Counted from the whole stretch's first letter, positions 13,972 to 26,608 are shown. The stretch is DNA of 63,831 nt, filler included, from Reticulomyxa filosa (GCA_000512085.1; 17 parts of 17 records of this genome joined end to end with filler, not necessarily neighbours in it); one strand, 5' to 3'. The notes: generated by a model from the letters alone, not told the origin. A program made the numbers and translations.

Positions 13972-16900
13972 ATGTTGAACCTGAAAATACAAACTAATAA
14001 GCGTGATCCTGCAGATGAAAAAGAAAATGCAGCAAAAGTGAGTAGGGACAATTTGAGCACTGCCCAAGCAAAGGAAACGAGTACACAGCGCACCGAAGCA
14101 GCAGATAGTAACGATGGCCAGTCTTCGCCGTCCGACTTTGACAGCGCACAGCCCGGCAAAAAGGCAGCGCACATACTGTCTCCATCCAATTTGGGTTTGA
14201 AAATTAGTGTTGCAGGCATTCATGGTCCGACAACATATACAACAAACATCGTTGCGTATACTTACTGTGTTTTGAACATATGTGTACACAACAATAAAAT
14301 AAATACATGAAAATAAACCAGTTGATAAAATGAATACACACGTTACCCCATACACATCAATATTTTATTTTATACATATAAAACATATAAACATAAAAAA
14401 AATAATATCCATATGCACATATATGCATATGTAAAGTGACATAATATAAAACAAGACAAAAAAAAAAAAAAAGTATGTACAGATGACTTGTGATGTATGA
14501 CCAAAATAGCGAACCCCTCAACCTGTGCAAGTGGAAGAAACCAATGAAACTTCGCAGGACGACAATCCTCCATTGGATGTGGATGATTTGATCCATCGGC
14601 TGGCTCACTTTGATTATAAGCATAGCACGACGTTGATGTGTGCCATGTACGACAAAAAGAAAAAGCAGTTATTGGCAGAGCGTGGAAGAGAAAAGCACGA
14701 AAGAGAAAAAAATGAGAAAGAAAGGGAAAAGGAAAGAGAAAAAGAAAAAAAAGAAAAAGAAAAAGAAAGATCAAAATCGAACAAAAAAGAAGCAATAACT
14801 CCAAAACCAAAGTTAGACCCACAACCACAATCACAACCACAATTACAGCCACAGCTACAGCTACAGCCACAGCCACAGCCACAACTACAATCACAATCTC
14901 AGCCACAATTACAATTACAATTACAATCACAATCAAATAAAAATGAAAAACTGACGAAATCGAAAAAGGAAGCAAAAGAGGGACAGCAACAGAACAAAAA
15001 AGGGGAAGGTGATGACGAAGTGAAAGACGTTGCTGCAATTGAAAAGGACAAAGAAACTACAAATGGGCAACATCAAATTCACATGCCCAACCAATTGCAA
15101 CAACAACAAGTCATTTCTTTTTTTTGTTTCTTTCATTTGTTTGAGCAGTTTTTTTTTTTTTTTTTCCGATTGTTGTCATCTTTTTCAGATTGGAGGGAAA
15201 ACAAAACAATACAATACAATACAATACAATACAAAACAATACAAAACAAACAAACAAAATAGAAAACAGAAAATGCAAATAACAAAAAAGATAAAAAAGA
15301 CAAAAAAGATCGATTGAAAAGCCTAAAAACGCGCGTTCCAACGGGACGTTTTCCGACAACGAATGGCCGGTCCAGTGGCAGTAGCAATGACAACGAGGAC
15401 TCTACGATGAAGGAACACGACAACGATAGCAAAAAGGTTGACAGCAATGACAATGACAATGATAATAGCAATGTATTATATGGCAATTATCTATCCATTT
15501 CTATTTCTGCAAACAAAAGCAAAACAACGACGACGAAGAAAAAAAAGAAGAGTGACGATGACGACGATGATGAGGATGAGGATGAGGATAATGATCATGA
15601 CAATGACAATGACAATAAAAATGAAAATGAAAATGAAAATGATAAGGATAATGATCATGATCATGACAATGACCATGACAATGATTTAGACAATGATAAT
15701 GATAATGACAAGGTAAATACTAAGAATAACGATGACGAAAATAAAAAATCGCAAAGTGTGACGGATACGAATACGAATACGAATACGAATACGAATAAGA
15801 ACAAAGATCCCCCAAAAAATGCCAATGACAAGAACGAAAGCCAAAGTAAAACAACGAACGGCAACATGACGATAACGATCAATAACAAAGCAGCGAAGCC
15901 GAGCCAATTGTCCATCCAAAAAAAAGCAAACCATCACTCTCCCTCCGTTTCGACGTCGAAATCGCAGTCGCATTCAATTTCGAATTCCAATTCAAACTCC
16001 AATTCGAACCCCAGTCCAAAACGCCCCTCTCTTTCCGCTTCGCAGAAATTCACATGGTCGGCCAATGAGACCAACGAGTTGCATCAACTGCTCAACGTCC
16101 CAATGACGGAATCGGAATTGAAGCAATTGTGCATGCGCGTGCGACACATCCTCAGCACGCAGCCCATGCTACTGGAGTTGGAGGCACCCATTCAGTTGGT
16201 GGGAGACATTCACGGACAATACTACGACCTGCTGCGATTGTTTCATATTTGCGGCTTTCCCAAGCCAATGGAGCACAACTATCTATTTTTGGGGGACTAC
16301 GTGGACCGCGGAAATATGAGTTTGGAGTGCATTACATTGCTATTTGCATACAAAGGTTAGGTATCAAAAAAAAAAAAAAGAATGGAATGTTAACATTATA
16401 TCTTTTTATTTGTAAAATAAAAAAAATTAGTTGATTGGATTACAATAGTAAAGTACCCCGAAAATGTGTTCCTATTACGAGGAAACCACGAAGTGTCCTC
16501 AATCAATCGTATCTATGGCTTTTATGACGAATGCAAACGTAGGTATTCACCAAAACTATGGAAGGTGTTTTGTGATGCCTTTAATATGTTACCTGTTGCT
16601 GCTGTCATTGCTGAAAAAATTTTTTGCATGTTTAGATAGACTTAAAGCGAATGTACTCTCGCTTTTTTTAAAAAAAAATAAATAAATAATAATACCGGGC
16701 TCATAACTTGTAACAATTAACAACAATAAAAAGGCATGGCGGCTTGTCTCCTGATCTAACCAACGTCAGTGAAATCAAGGCCATTCGCAGACCGACGGAA
16801 ATCCCCGACAGCGGCATATTGTGCGATTTACTTTGGAGTGATCCCGACCCAAATGTCAAACGCTGGGGTGACAACGATCGCGGCGTTTCTGTCACATTTG

Positions 16901-17274
16901 GACGCGAAATTGTTTCGAGCTTTTTAAAAAAAAACAATCTCGATTTGATTGTGCGTGCACATCAGGTCGTTGAACAAGGCTACGAGTTTTTCGCTGATCG
17001 CCAACTTGTCACCATTTTCAGTGCGCCCAATTACACTGGGGAATTTGATAATGCTGCTGCTGTTATGAATGTCGATCAAAATTTGAAATGCTCTTTTCAG
17101 GTGTTTTTTTTATTTGTTTATTGTTTTTGCATTACGTATCCTTCTTTTTTTTTTTTTTTGTCTCCCCCTTTTTTTTTTTTTTGTAAACAATACAAACATA
17201 AACACACAAACCAATATTAGATATTAAGACCGTTGGAACATGTTCCTAATAAAATGTTTTCATGGCTTGGCTGA
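13972..17274 (+). CDS. PP1: PP1-type serine/threonine phosphatase with long low-complexity N-terminal region
   Basis: PPP motifs GDIHG, GDYVDRG, LRGNHE, MHGGLSP, LLWSDP, RAHQVV and FSAPNY. Exons read as ~13972..?, 14510..15109, 15263..16355, 16449..16629, 16734..17100 and 17221..17274. Phases from exon 2 onward are consistent. Confidence 0.93.
15207..15258 (+). repeat. (ATACA)n / (AAAC)n microsatellite in PP1 intron
   Basis: Sequence caatacaatacaatacaatacaatacaaaacaatacaaaacaaacaaacaaa lies just upstream of the acceptor at 15262. Confidence 0.85.
15552..15800 (+). repeat. Coding hexamer repeats (poly-DE, ND, NE, DH, NT dipeptides)
   Basis: GATGAG, AATGAC/AATGAT, AATGAA and ACGAAT tandem units, all in frame in PP1 exon 3. 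Confidence 0.85.
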
Positions 17275-17821
17275 TTCAAATCAACAAAAATGTTTAAAAG
17301 GGATGCCATGAAAAATGTCGGTCCTTGGTGCTTGAAGGGAATTTGTAAGGGTAAGGGTAATCAAGTGTTTTTTTTTGTGATGTGTAAGAATTTGACGTTT
17401 GGAAAAATTAACAAGATTCCTTTCAAATTTTTGTGGTCCTTCCATCCTTTTGTTGATACCTTCTTTTCTTTTGTTCAAATTCTTTTAGTTTCATAATGGT
17501 CTTTTTTCTCTTCCAAGACATTCTTGTAAAACATAAAAGGAAGATAGTAAATGTGTGCTGTTTGTTTTCATTTACCTTTTTTAGTGAATATCAAAGATTT
17601 TTTAATTTTTCTTTTTCCAATTTTGACACCTCAATTCAATGCAGTCGTAAATGTAATTACTACTTTTTAAAGTTTTTTAAAAATTTTTTATTTTATTTCT
17701 GAAGGCAACAGTAGTTAAGTAAAATGGAAACTGTTTCGAAAGCAACAAAGCGTGATAAAAAAGGGACACAACGTGAACAACAAAGAGGAAAAAAAAAGCA
17801 CCTGCCCCAAGATCTCAAAAA

Positions 17822-18250
17822 ATGAGTTGGGAAAACTATTGCCAAGCAGTGCATCAATTGGGCTTCAGTAAAGTGACGATTGTGAATAGGGAAACTTATC
17901 ATCCTGTTGGTCATGCACCAAGAGACGCAGTCGCAACGTCCTACATGGATGGGAACATAAGAATAAACGAAAATCAAGAATTAGCAGACAATTGGAAATC
18001 TAAGAAGCGAACAACGTTTCGTTTTTATGGTTCTAAATTCACCATTGTAAAAAGAGACGAAGCAGATGGTAAATGGTTGATTGGAGAAAGAGAAAACGGG
18101 TTCATTGTGGCTAAGGCATTCAAGTCGGTATGGTTTATTGCGTTCGCCAGAAGGAAGTCCGAAAAATCTAAATTGGGATTTAATTCAGCACAAGAGGCCT
18201 TTGATACCATCAACAAAGAGTTGTGGAGCACTGTGGAAGGGGAAATTTAA
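17822..18250 (+). CDS. Divergent profilin-like protein (single exon, 142 aa)
   Basis: Profilin-type N-terminus MSWENY, typical size, the segment FRFYGSKFTIVKRD (profilin GxKY/F strand) and a C-terminal helix. Confidence 0.7.
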   Translation: MSWENYCQAVHQLGFSKVTIVNRETYHPVGHAPRDAVATSYMDGNIRINENQELADNWKSKKRTTFRFYGSKFTIVKRDEADGKWLIGERENGFIVAKAFKSVWFIAFARRKSEKSKLGFNSAQEAFDTINKELWSTVEGEI

Positions 18251-18971
18251 TTGGCGAAAAGCAGCCTCACTCAAAAAAAAAAACACTATATGAACGCACT
18301 TTTTTTTTTGAAATCAGTCAATTCAAAAAATAAAGTATATGCTGGCCCCTTCGAGGTTGCTATGTTGTTATACATTTTTCTTGTTTTTCATTGTTTGTGT
18401 TTTTGTTTGTTTGTTTTGTTTCTTTTTTCTCTTTGTTTCGTTCGTTTTGTTTCTCTTTCTCCCATTTTGTTGTTTATTGTGGTGAGAGCATACCAAAAAA
18501 AAGCAAAAACACATGTGCACAAAGGAACTTGACAAACGAAAGCCAAATCACAGAAAATAATACAAATATTTCGCTATTTTGTCCACACTTTTTTTTTATT
18601 TGGCTTGGTTTGGTTTTATTTATTCTATCTTCCGTACCGGTCTCTTTCATTTTCACCGCAAAAGTGAATACAAACTTACCATCCGCGAAACGAATCTGAT
18701 TTTTATGTCAGTTGTTGGGTTCCAATTTTGTTTTTTTGCCAAAGTGGCCGAAGCTGCTCTCAATTGCTAGCTGCTATGATTTCATTTCCATGATTCAAAA
18801 ATAAAATAAAGAAAGGGTATATTTCGGTCATTAAAATACAACAAAGTTTTTAATTAAAGTAGAAAACAAATACAAAAGTCGTTTCGCTAGTAGAAATGTA
18901 TTCAAAGTGGTGAAAATTAGAATGGGACAGTGCAAGGGGGAGTCGAGTGGAAAAGACAAAACAAAACCATA

Positions 18972-21325
18972 ATGGGCACATGTTCAGGTAGTCAACAAGA
19001 CGATAAACTACCAATAAGAGATTTCGCAGATGTGGAACAAAAAGAACGTTCCACAGATGCACGTGAAATGGACGCAAACATCAGAGAATGGATGTTGGAA
19101 CAACATCTACGTGACAGTCGAGTGAAAAGATTGTTGTTATTGGGTTCTGGCAGCAGTGGCAAATCAACATTGTTTAAACAACTTAAATGTATCAGTAAGA
19201 AAGAAGACGAGGACGTGTTCAAAGCGAGTGAATATCTTGAGGGCAGAGCGATAATTCGGCGCAATTGTTTGGGAGGAATTTTATTGCTACTAAAAAAATC
19301 ACAAGAACTGGCCGACAGGGTTGAGTACATGCAAAAAAAGGGGTGTGTACCTATTCAAAAAAAAAAATAAATAAAATGAAAAAAAAAAAAAAGAGTCCTG
19401 AGCGTTACGGAGATTTAAGAATAGATTTAGATGAGGACTTGGAATCAATGGAAGACAAAGAGAAATATCAAGTGCTACAAGATATCCGTTTATGTATGCT
19501 ATTTTACAAGGAGACGTTTGAAGGTGCAATAAACTTGATCACCCCTGAGGAGTGCAAAACTGCTTCTTCCATAGAAGATGAAGATGATGACCCAACCTAT
19601 ATCAGCGACTGGCTATGTTTTGTACTATCTCCCCCTTTTTTTTTAAAAAAAGTTTGAGTGTTCGGAAAGGGGGGGTTACTTAAACAAAATAAAACAAAAG
19701 CACGAATATATTCCAACGGAGCAGAAGAAACATTTGCAGGTGAACAGCCAGCACTGAACTGGAAAATAATGAGAGGACTTGGCCATGCAATGAAACGACT
19801 ATGGAATAACACCATATGGAAAAAAACATATGACTTGAGAGGCGTGGAGAAATATGCCATTATTGAAAACGTTGATTATTTCTTTGACCGCACTCTTGTC
19901 TTATTCCAACGAAGCTATTTGCCAAATATCGAAGACATGATCAAAGTGCGTATTCGAACCACTGGCATTGTCAATGCGTTTTACGAAGTCAAAGAAAAAA
20001 AAGACATCACTTTGCATATTATTGACGTCGGTTGGTTGTTCTCCTTTTTTTTTTTCCTCCCCTCCCCCCCCTTTGGCTTTGCCTATTCATTTCCATTATT
20101 ATTAATTTTTTTTTTTGTTGGAATAAATCTAGGAGGCCAACGTAGTGAGAGACGCAAGTGGATTCATCAATTTACCAATGTCGCTGCTGTCATTTTTATG
20201 GTAATAAAAAAAAAAAAAAAAAAGTTGCATAATACATTTAATTGTGTCTGCATAAGAGATATATCCTTGTGTATGTGTATGTGTGCTCTTTGTTTTTTCA
20301 ATTTGCTTAGGCAGCATTGAATCACTATTGTGCCGTACTGTTTGAAGACGGTAACTCCGAATCACATTTTATTTTTGTTTGTTTATTTGTTTGTGCGCGC
20401 TGCCAAGGGGCATGTTTGTAAGCACGTACGCATTAGATTTTTTTTTTTTTCCAGTGACTATGAAATCAAAAACTTTGTAATGTCTTTTGTGATCAACTAC
20501 AGAACGAATAAATGCAATGCATGAGTCATTGATATTGTTCAACGAAATTTGCAATCACAAATACTTTCGAACAACTGAAATGATATTGTTTTTGAACGGC
20601 GGTAAATAACAAATAATTCTTTGTTTGTTTTTATACTTTTTTGTTTTGCTGTTGGCACTTTTTGAATACATGGACAAACACGAGAGAGTCTGGCAAAAAA
20701 AAAGATTGACCCGTATGTTTGTTTTTTTTTTGTCACCAAAAAAGACGATTTGTTTCAAGCGCGGTTGAAAGAAGGCAAATCGCTGTCGATTTGTTTCAAC
20801 GAAAAAGATTGGGATTACAAGGGTGAAGCATATATTGGTATGTCTTTTTCCATCACATATGTTACCCTAAAATAAATAATGTATATTCATCAATCAATCA
20901 CTAGTCTTGAGTGATCTGTTCTAAAAAAAAAACATTTTTTTTTTTGGTCACGTATAACTGGAATCACATTATTTTTTTTAATTGGATGTCATTCAAAAAC
21001 GAAAATGTACGAATACAAAAAAGGACCAAACTACACGGACCCACCTGAGCTTCGTCCACAGTACTACATGAAAGCGGTGGAAAAAGGCTCAGAACCAGTC
21101 CGGATTGACTTGAGAGACGGAAACGACAAGAATTGGTTTGAATATGTATACATTGAAAGCTTAAAGTTTATTCACAGACAATACATGCGCCAAAACCAAA
21201 ACCCACGCAAAGCGATTTTCGTTCATGTCACCAATGCCACAAGTGCAGATAGCATACAAAAAGTGTTTTGGGATGTCCAAGGTATTGTCATAAGGTCCAA
21301 TTTGAAACGCTCTGGTCTTGTGTAA
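18972..21325 (+). CDS. Heterotrimeric G-protein alpha subunit (8 exons)
   Basis: MGTC acylation start; G1 [13 protein letters not shown]; switch I RIRTTGI; G3 [12 protein letters not shown]; [14 protein letters not shown]; C-terminal HVTNAT. Exons are 18972..19319, 19394..19616, 19701..20030, 20133..20200, 20311..20350, 20503..20601, 20745..20837 and 21024..21325. Confidence 0.93.
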
Positions 21326-21959
21326 ATTGTTTTTTTATAATTATTATGTTTTTTATGTTTCTTTTATTTCATTTTATTTTTTGATTTCCTCTTTCGGGTT
21401 GTACATTGCACTGTCCAATCCTCAAATCAAAAAAAATGAACCACGTTTGCAGTGGTGTTCGTTCCCGCCCTTTAATTCTTTTTTTTGGTTATTGTTTTGC
21501 TTGTTGCTAGAGATGCACATTTCATTTTTTAAGACTAACTCTATCCTCGGGTTTTTTTTTTTTGATTTGTTTTTTTCCATAGGCTTGTCTGTTTTGTTTC
21601 TATTTTACTTGGATCGTTCAAAAAGAGGCAACCATGCTTTTTTCATAAACATCCACCATTTCAGCAATGAGAGGACACAAAAATATTTTTTATTGCCTCA
21701 ATTGCTGACACATCACTATTTTCAATTCTGACATCTGTGTCTACACTCCAGTAGCTTGGGGACAGATGCACTGTCTTTCGGTTACCTACACCAGTTTTAA
21801 TCATTCTGAGGCAGGATTACAAAAGGGGACTTTTTGTGTTGTTGTGGCGGGGACAAAAAAGCAAAAAATTTGTCTTAGTTTTTCCACAATCTTAGACAGC
21901 ACAAATTGTTTTATCGATATATTTGATTGTTTTTTTTATTATCGTTTAAAAGTTTGGAA

Positions 21960-22769
21960 ATGTCAGGTGAGCCATCAGGAACTACTGAAAAAGTTGAGAC
22001 GAAGACTCTGAGCGAGTCGGAGATTGACTCCATGAAAGTCCCTGATTTGAAACAAGAATTGAAAAAGGTGAAGCTGTTAGCGTCAGGGACAAAAATTAAC
22101 TTGGTGAAGCGATTAAAGGAGCATTATGGATGTCAGTCATCTTCATATAATTTTGTCAATTTTTATAGCTTTATTTATAACTAAAGACAAGGGACAACAT
22201 AAAAAAAAACATCACAAACATAACCAAAACAACTCAAAGACAATACGAATAAAGAAATAAAGAATGTACGACGAAGTGAGTGAATATTTATTTTGCGTGG
22301 TTCTTGTTCTACTCTTACAAAGAATTGGACACACCACAAAACAAAACACAAGGTCCCAGAAAACGTCGGTTAGAAAAAGATAGTGAAAGCAAAGGAGTAA
22401 GTGAACCTCCTGATAAAAAAGCTAAAACAAATGATGACAAAACTCCAGGTTTGTCACTGCGACAGCTGCTCATACATACCAAAAAAAAGCGTGTCTTTTA
22501 CGGCGTTTGTTTGGACTTGCACAATTATACATACGTGTTACATTTTAAAAGACCGTGCCAGTTCTCCCTCTGATAAAAACAATCACCCAATCAAAGCTGA
22601 AACAGTTGTGTAAAAACTTTGCAATAAACAAAGCAAACAAAAAAAAAAAACCGTGTCATATCGGAGTTAATCATTTATTTGTCGGACAAAAAAAAAAAAA
22701 AGGAAGAAATAGTTCCAGAAACAAAAGAAAAAGAGAAAGAAAAAGACAAAGAGGAAGAAGAAAAAGCAA
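21960..22769 (+). CDS. SAP-domain protein, 5' part (cut at contig edge)
   Basis: IDSMKVPDLKQELKKVKLLASGTKINLVKRL fits the SAP consensus (LxxLKVxELKxELKxRGLxxxGxKxxLxxRL). A downstream basic exon carries an NLS-like RKRR. Confidence 0.8.
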
Positions 22770-22944
22770 NNNNNNNNNNNNNNNNNNNNNNNNNNNNNNN
22801 NNNNNNNNNNNNNTTAATTAATTAANNNNNNNNNNNNNNNNNNNNNNNNNNNNNNNNNNNNNNNNNNNNCCCTCCCCCACTTTGTGTGATGTATTGAATA
22901 TGCATACTATTTTGTATTATGTGCTTGCATTTGTCTGTGTAAGA

Positions 22945-23218
22945 AAGAAAGAGAAAGTGGCATTGCCTGACGTTGAAGAAACAAAGACGGAACAGTCATC
23001 GCAAAGAAATACCGAACAGTTTTGCTTTCGTATCTCTTTGAGAGTGCAGTGGAATTCAATCTCATTTTCAAATGGGACTGAAATAACAATCACTTTTTTT
23101 TTTTTTTTTATAAATCAGAGTCAGCACCGATGCGTTGGAACAAGTCGTACAGACATTAGTTAGTTTGTTTGGTTTGACAATTACGAATATTGTTGAAATA
23201 TAACACCAAACCGTGTTT

Positions 23219-23249
<31 letters not shown>

Positions 23250-24560
23250 ATAACGGATAAAAATGATAGCGCAACGAAAATAAACAATTGACAGAACGAA
23301 TCCAATCCATGCAACTGAATGAATCTCAGATGCAAGAACAATTGAAACAGTTTTGTTTTGTTTTTATCCTCTGTTTTTTTATCCGTTTTCTTCCTTCACC
23401 TCTGTCGTTTTTTCAAATACTCATCAAATGCAATTAGACTCCACGGTGAATTCGATGTTCAGAGACAACAGGTTTTTTTTTAAAGAGGAAAAAAAAAAGA
23501 GTGATGTGCATACAGAGTGGAAAAGGAAAAAAAAATAAATAAATAAAACAGACAAAAAAGCACGAAGACACAATCAAAGAAAAAGAAACGAAAATCACAA
23601 TGTGGGAAGAAAAAATAAACGAAATGGATTCAAGACACAAGGAGAAAATAGACGAACTAAATGCAACGTGGAATGCAAAAAAAGACGAACGAGATGCAAT
23701 GTGGAACGCAAAAATAGACGAACTAAATGTAACTTGGAATGCTAAAATAGACGAACGAGATGCAATGTGGAACGCAAAAATAAACGAACTAAATGTAGTT
23801 TGGAATGCTAAAATAGACGAAGTGAATTTAAAAAATCAACAGTTAACTTCATATTTCACTCTTGTCTATTCCATTGTCAAAACGTTTTGACTTTTTCTTA
23901 TTTATTTCGACTTATGTCTTCGACAGGAGGATAAGTCATAATTTTCTATGTATGTAACAATATTAACAATTATTTTTCTTTGTTTTGGGAAATAGAATAA
24001 AAGACAGAGAAGAGATGGACAGAAAGGAACTGGAAAAAAAATATCAAGAAATAGAAAAGGTAAACACAAATGAAACGTATATGGTATATTTGCTCCCATG
24101 GATTTAATCTTTGCTCTGTTTGGACTTTGAAAACAGTGCACAAACAACACTGAGATCCAAAACCAAGCACTCAAGACCCAGAATCAAGAGAATGAAACAG
24201 AAATGAGCAAATGGAAACAACTTGACCAGTTTATTTTAAACGACAACAACAAAAACACATTATGACATTTAACTTCATTTGTATGCAATAAATAGGGAAA
24301 ACAAGACTCAACTCTCTCAACTGAAAATAGAATTGACCGAAAAAGTGTGCAAACAGCACTTTGATGTCCTATTTCTTTATCTGAGCACACACACAATCCA
24401 TGATACATTACATAGTTTTTGCACAAATAAACATACATAACAGACATCTCGTATATTAGAACTCGAAGAGATCAAACGCAACAGTAGCATGAGTAATGAT
24501 TTAACTTTGTATCAACATCCAACTGTTTTAGTTGTCAAGGAATTGATTTTGACCGAATAA
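22945..24560 (+). CDS. Fragment of multi-exon coiled-coil protein with 11-aa tandem repeats (boundaries approximate)
   Basis: ORF 23600..23890 contains WNAKIDE repeats. Further short K/E/Q-rich exon-like blocks are flanked by A/T-rich introns. Confidence 0.5.
23600..23830 (+). repeat. 33-nt coding tandem repeat with 66-nt higher-order unit
   Basis: Units of type TGGAAYGCWAAAATAGACGAA alternate between CTAAATG (ELN) and CGAGATGCAATG (ERDAM) variants. Confidence 0.9.
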
Positions 24561-26421
24561 CTGAAAACAATATCTTTTGGAGAAAAAAAAGCTAAATTTT
24601 TTACTTCTTTGGGATGGTAATTCTTCTNNNNNNNNNNNNNNNNNNNNNNNNNNNNNNNNNNNNNNNNNNNNTTAATTAATTAANNNNNNNNNNNNNNNNN
24701 NNNNNNNNNNNNNNNNNNNNNNNNNNNTTTCAATAATTCAAACAAGACTTACATTTTATTGAATCATACATGTTTTTTTTTTTTTGCAATGATTAAGATA
24801 GTTATAATCACACAAAGTGTTTCTTCTCTTCGTATACCATTGTCAAAGTGATCATTTTTTTTAAGAAAATAAGATGATTATTAGATACCTCTTCTCATTA
24901 TATTGTGATTTCAAATGGCATAAACACTACTCGACAAGGAACTACAAACAAGCGCCAAGCTCTTGCGAAAAAGGATGACGTGAAAGTGTTTAAAAAAGAA
25001 TAAGAGATCACTTGTTATCCCATATGGACAGTAGACAATGGAAAAACTTCATGCTAGCCTTAAAATTAAAACTATAAGCCAAAACAAAGGAAAAAAAACT
25101 TGCAAACTTTTTTTAAAAAAGTATTAAATCGTATTGATGTAAGATTTTTCAATGACTTCTTTTATTATCATCAACAAAAAGGACAATTGTTTGAAGTAAG
25201 CAAATGTAATGTTTGTGCAATACCATAACAACAGAAAAGGATATTTGATATTGACATTCAATAGAAATGCCAAAGAAATTTTTTATAGATATAAATATAG
25301 CATACTATGTTTGTAATGTTATAAAAGTAATCTAATTCTTGGACATGTCCACATCTAACTAATTTATTACAATTACATGATATAGTATAACTAGTATTTT
25401 TATTAAATCATCACATGAACAATTTCCAATGACTCTAAAAATATCTTAATCATAATTTATACTAAATATTTTTCATTTATGATATATCTTCTTTATTACT
25501 TAGTAATTCTTCTTTTAATATTGTAAATCAGATATTTATTTATCTTTAGAATAATGTTATTCACCAAATTCTTGGTCATTAATCATTTCTTTTAATTTAA
25601 GTTTTTTTGTCTTTATTTGCCTTTACGTTTATGTCCACATAATTATATTTGATTGTATTTGTTGTCTTCGTTTGTTTGTTCTTGCAAATGTTCTTGTTTA
25701 ACTCCAAATTTTGAATAATAGTATTCTTTGTGATATTATCTTGTTTTAGATAATCTGTATGAATTTGTTTACCATTCTGATATTTTTGCATTTCTTCTTC
25801 GATTTTTTTTATTTTTAAACTAATTTCCTTGTTGTATTGCTTTATACGAATTAAACAACTGTTTTTATTGCTTCGTGAAGACAAAATGCAGTACGAAACT
25901 ATATATAGCCACTTGCCGCGTATATACATTACTGATTTGCTGTAATCTTTTTCTCAAAGCAGTTTTTTGTTTTCTTCATTTAACTTACATTATTTTCAAA
26001 AAAATTTTATCTAAATTAGTTAATTTAAACATATTAATACAAAAAAACTTTATACTAACAATTAATTTTTTTATATTATTTTATTTATTTTCATTTTTTT
26101 TAATTACACTTTATGTATAATTAATTTTGCTTTTATCCAGTTAGTATTTCACAAATTGATTTTAAGAATTTATAAATTGGTTTTATTTGGATCCTGAGAT
26201 TTATTTTTTCAAAATAAATCTATTAAAAGAAAAGTGTTTTTAAGGATCTGTGTATAAATTGTTATTACTAATTAGTATAATCTTAATTGATTTGTCTGAA
26301 AAAAAAGAAAATAAATTCAATTATAGTTTTTAATAAGATTTTGCATTTTGAAAAAAAAATTTGACAATAAAACATAATTATATATGATCATAATACATGA
26401 TTTTTTTATTTTAAAAAAATA

Positions 26422-26608
26422 CATTAAAATGCAAATTAAAGTTGACACCTAAAATGGAACCTTACATATAATTGATTTTCTACATGAAAAAATAACATTC
26501 AGACCTAATTTTTAAAAAATATCTACAAATCGTGTACTCTTTAAATATCATTTTGATTTTTTATTACATATTTCCTAATTAGGTGTCAACTTTACTTTGT
26601 ATTCAATG
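26422..26608. mobile_element. 187-bp MITE, Tc1/mariner-like, TA-flanked
   Basis: Imperfect ~38-bp terminal inverted repeats, CATTAAAATGCAAATTAAAGTTGACACCTAA and TTAGGTGTCAACTTTACTTTGTATTCAATG. TA lies at 26420-21 and 26609-10. Related copies are at 40819 and 54036. Confidence 0.75.

Noticed and set aside
14370-15973. Long antisense or alternate-frame ORFs (e.g. 14370..15038, 15686..15973; likewise 48555..49388, 10583..11065)
   Set aside because: These are shadow ORFs produced by stop-poor repeats or codon bias opposite real exons.
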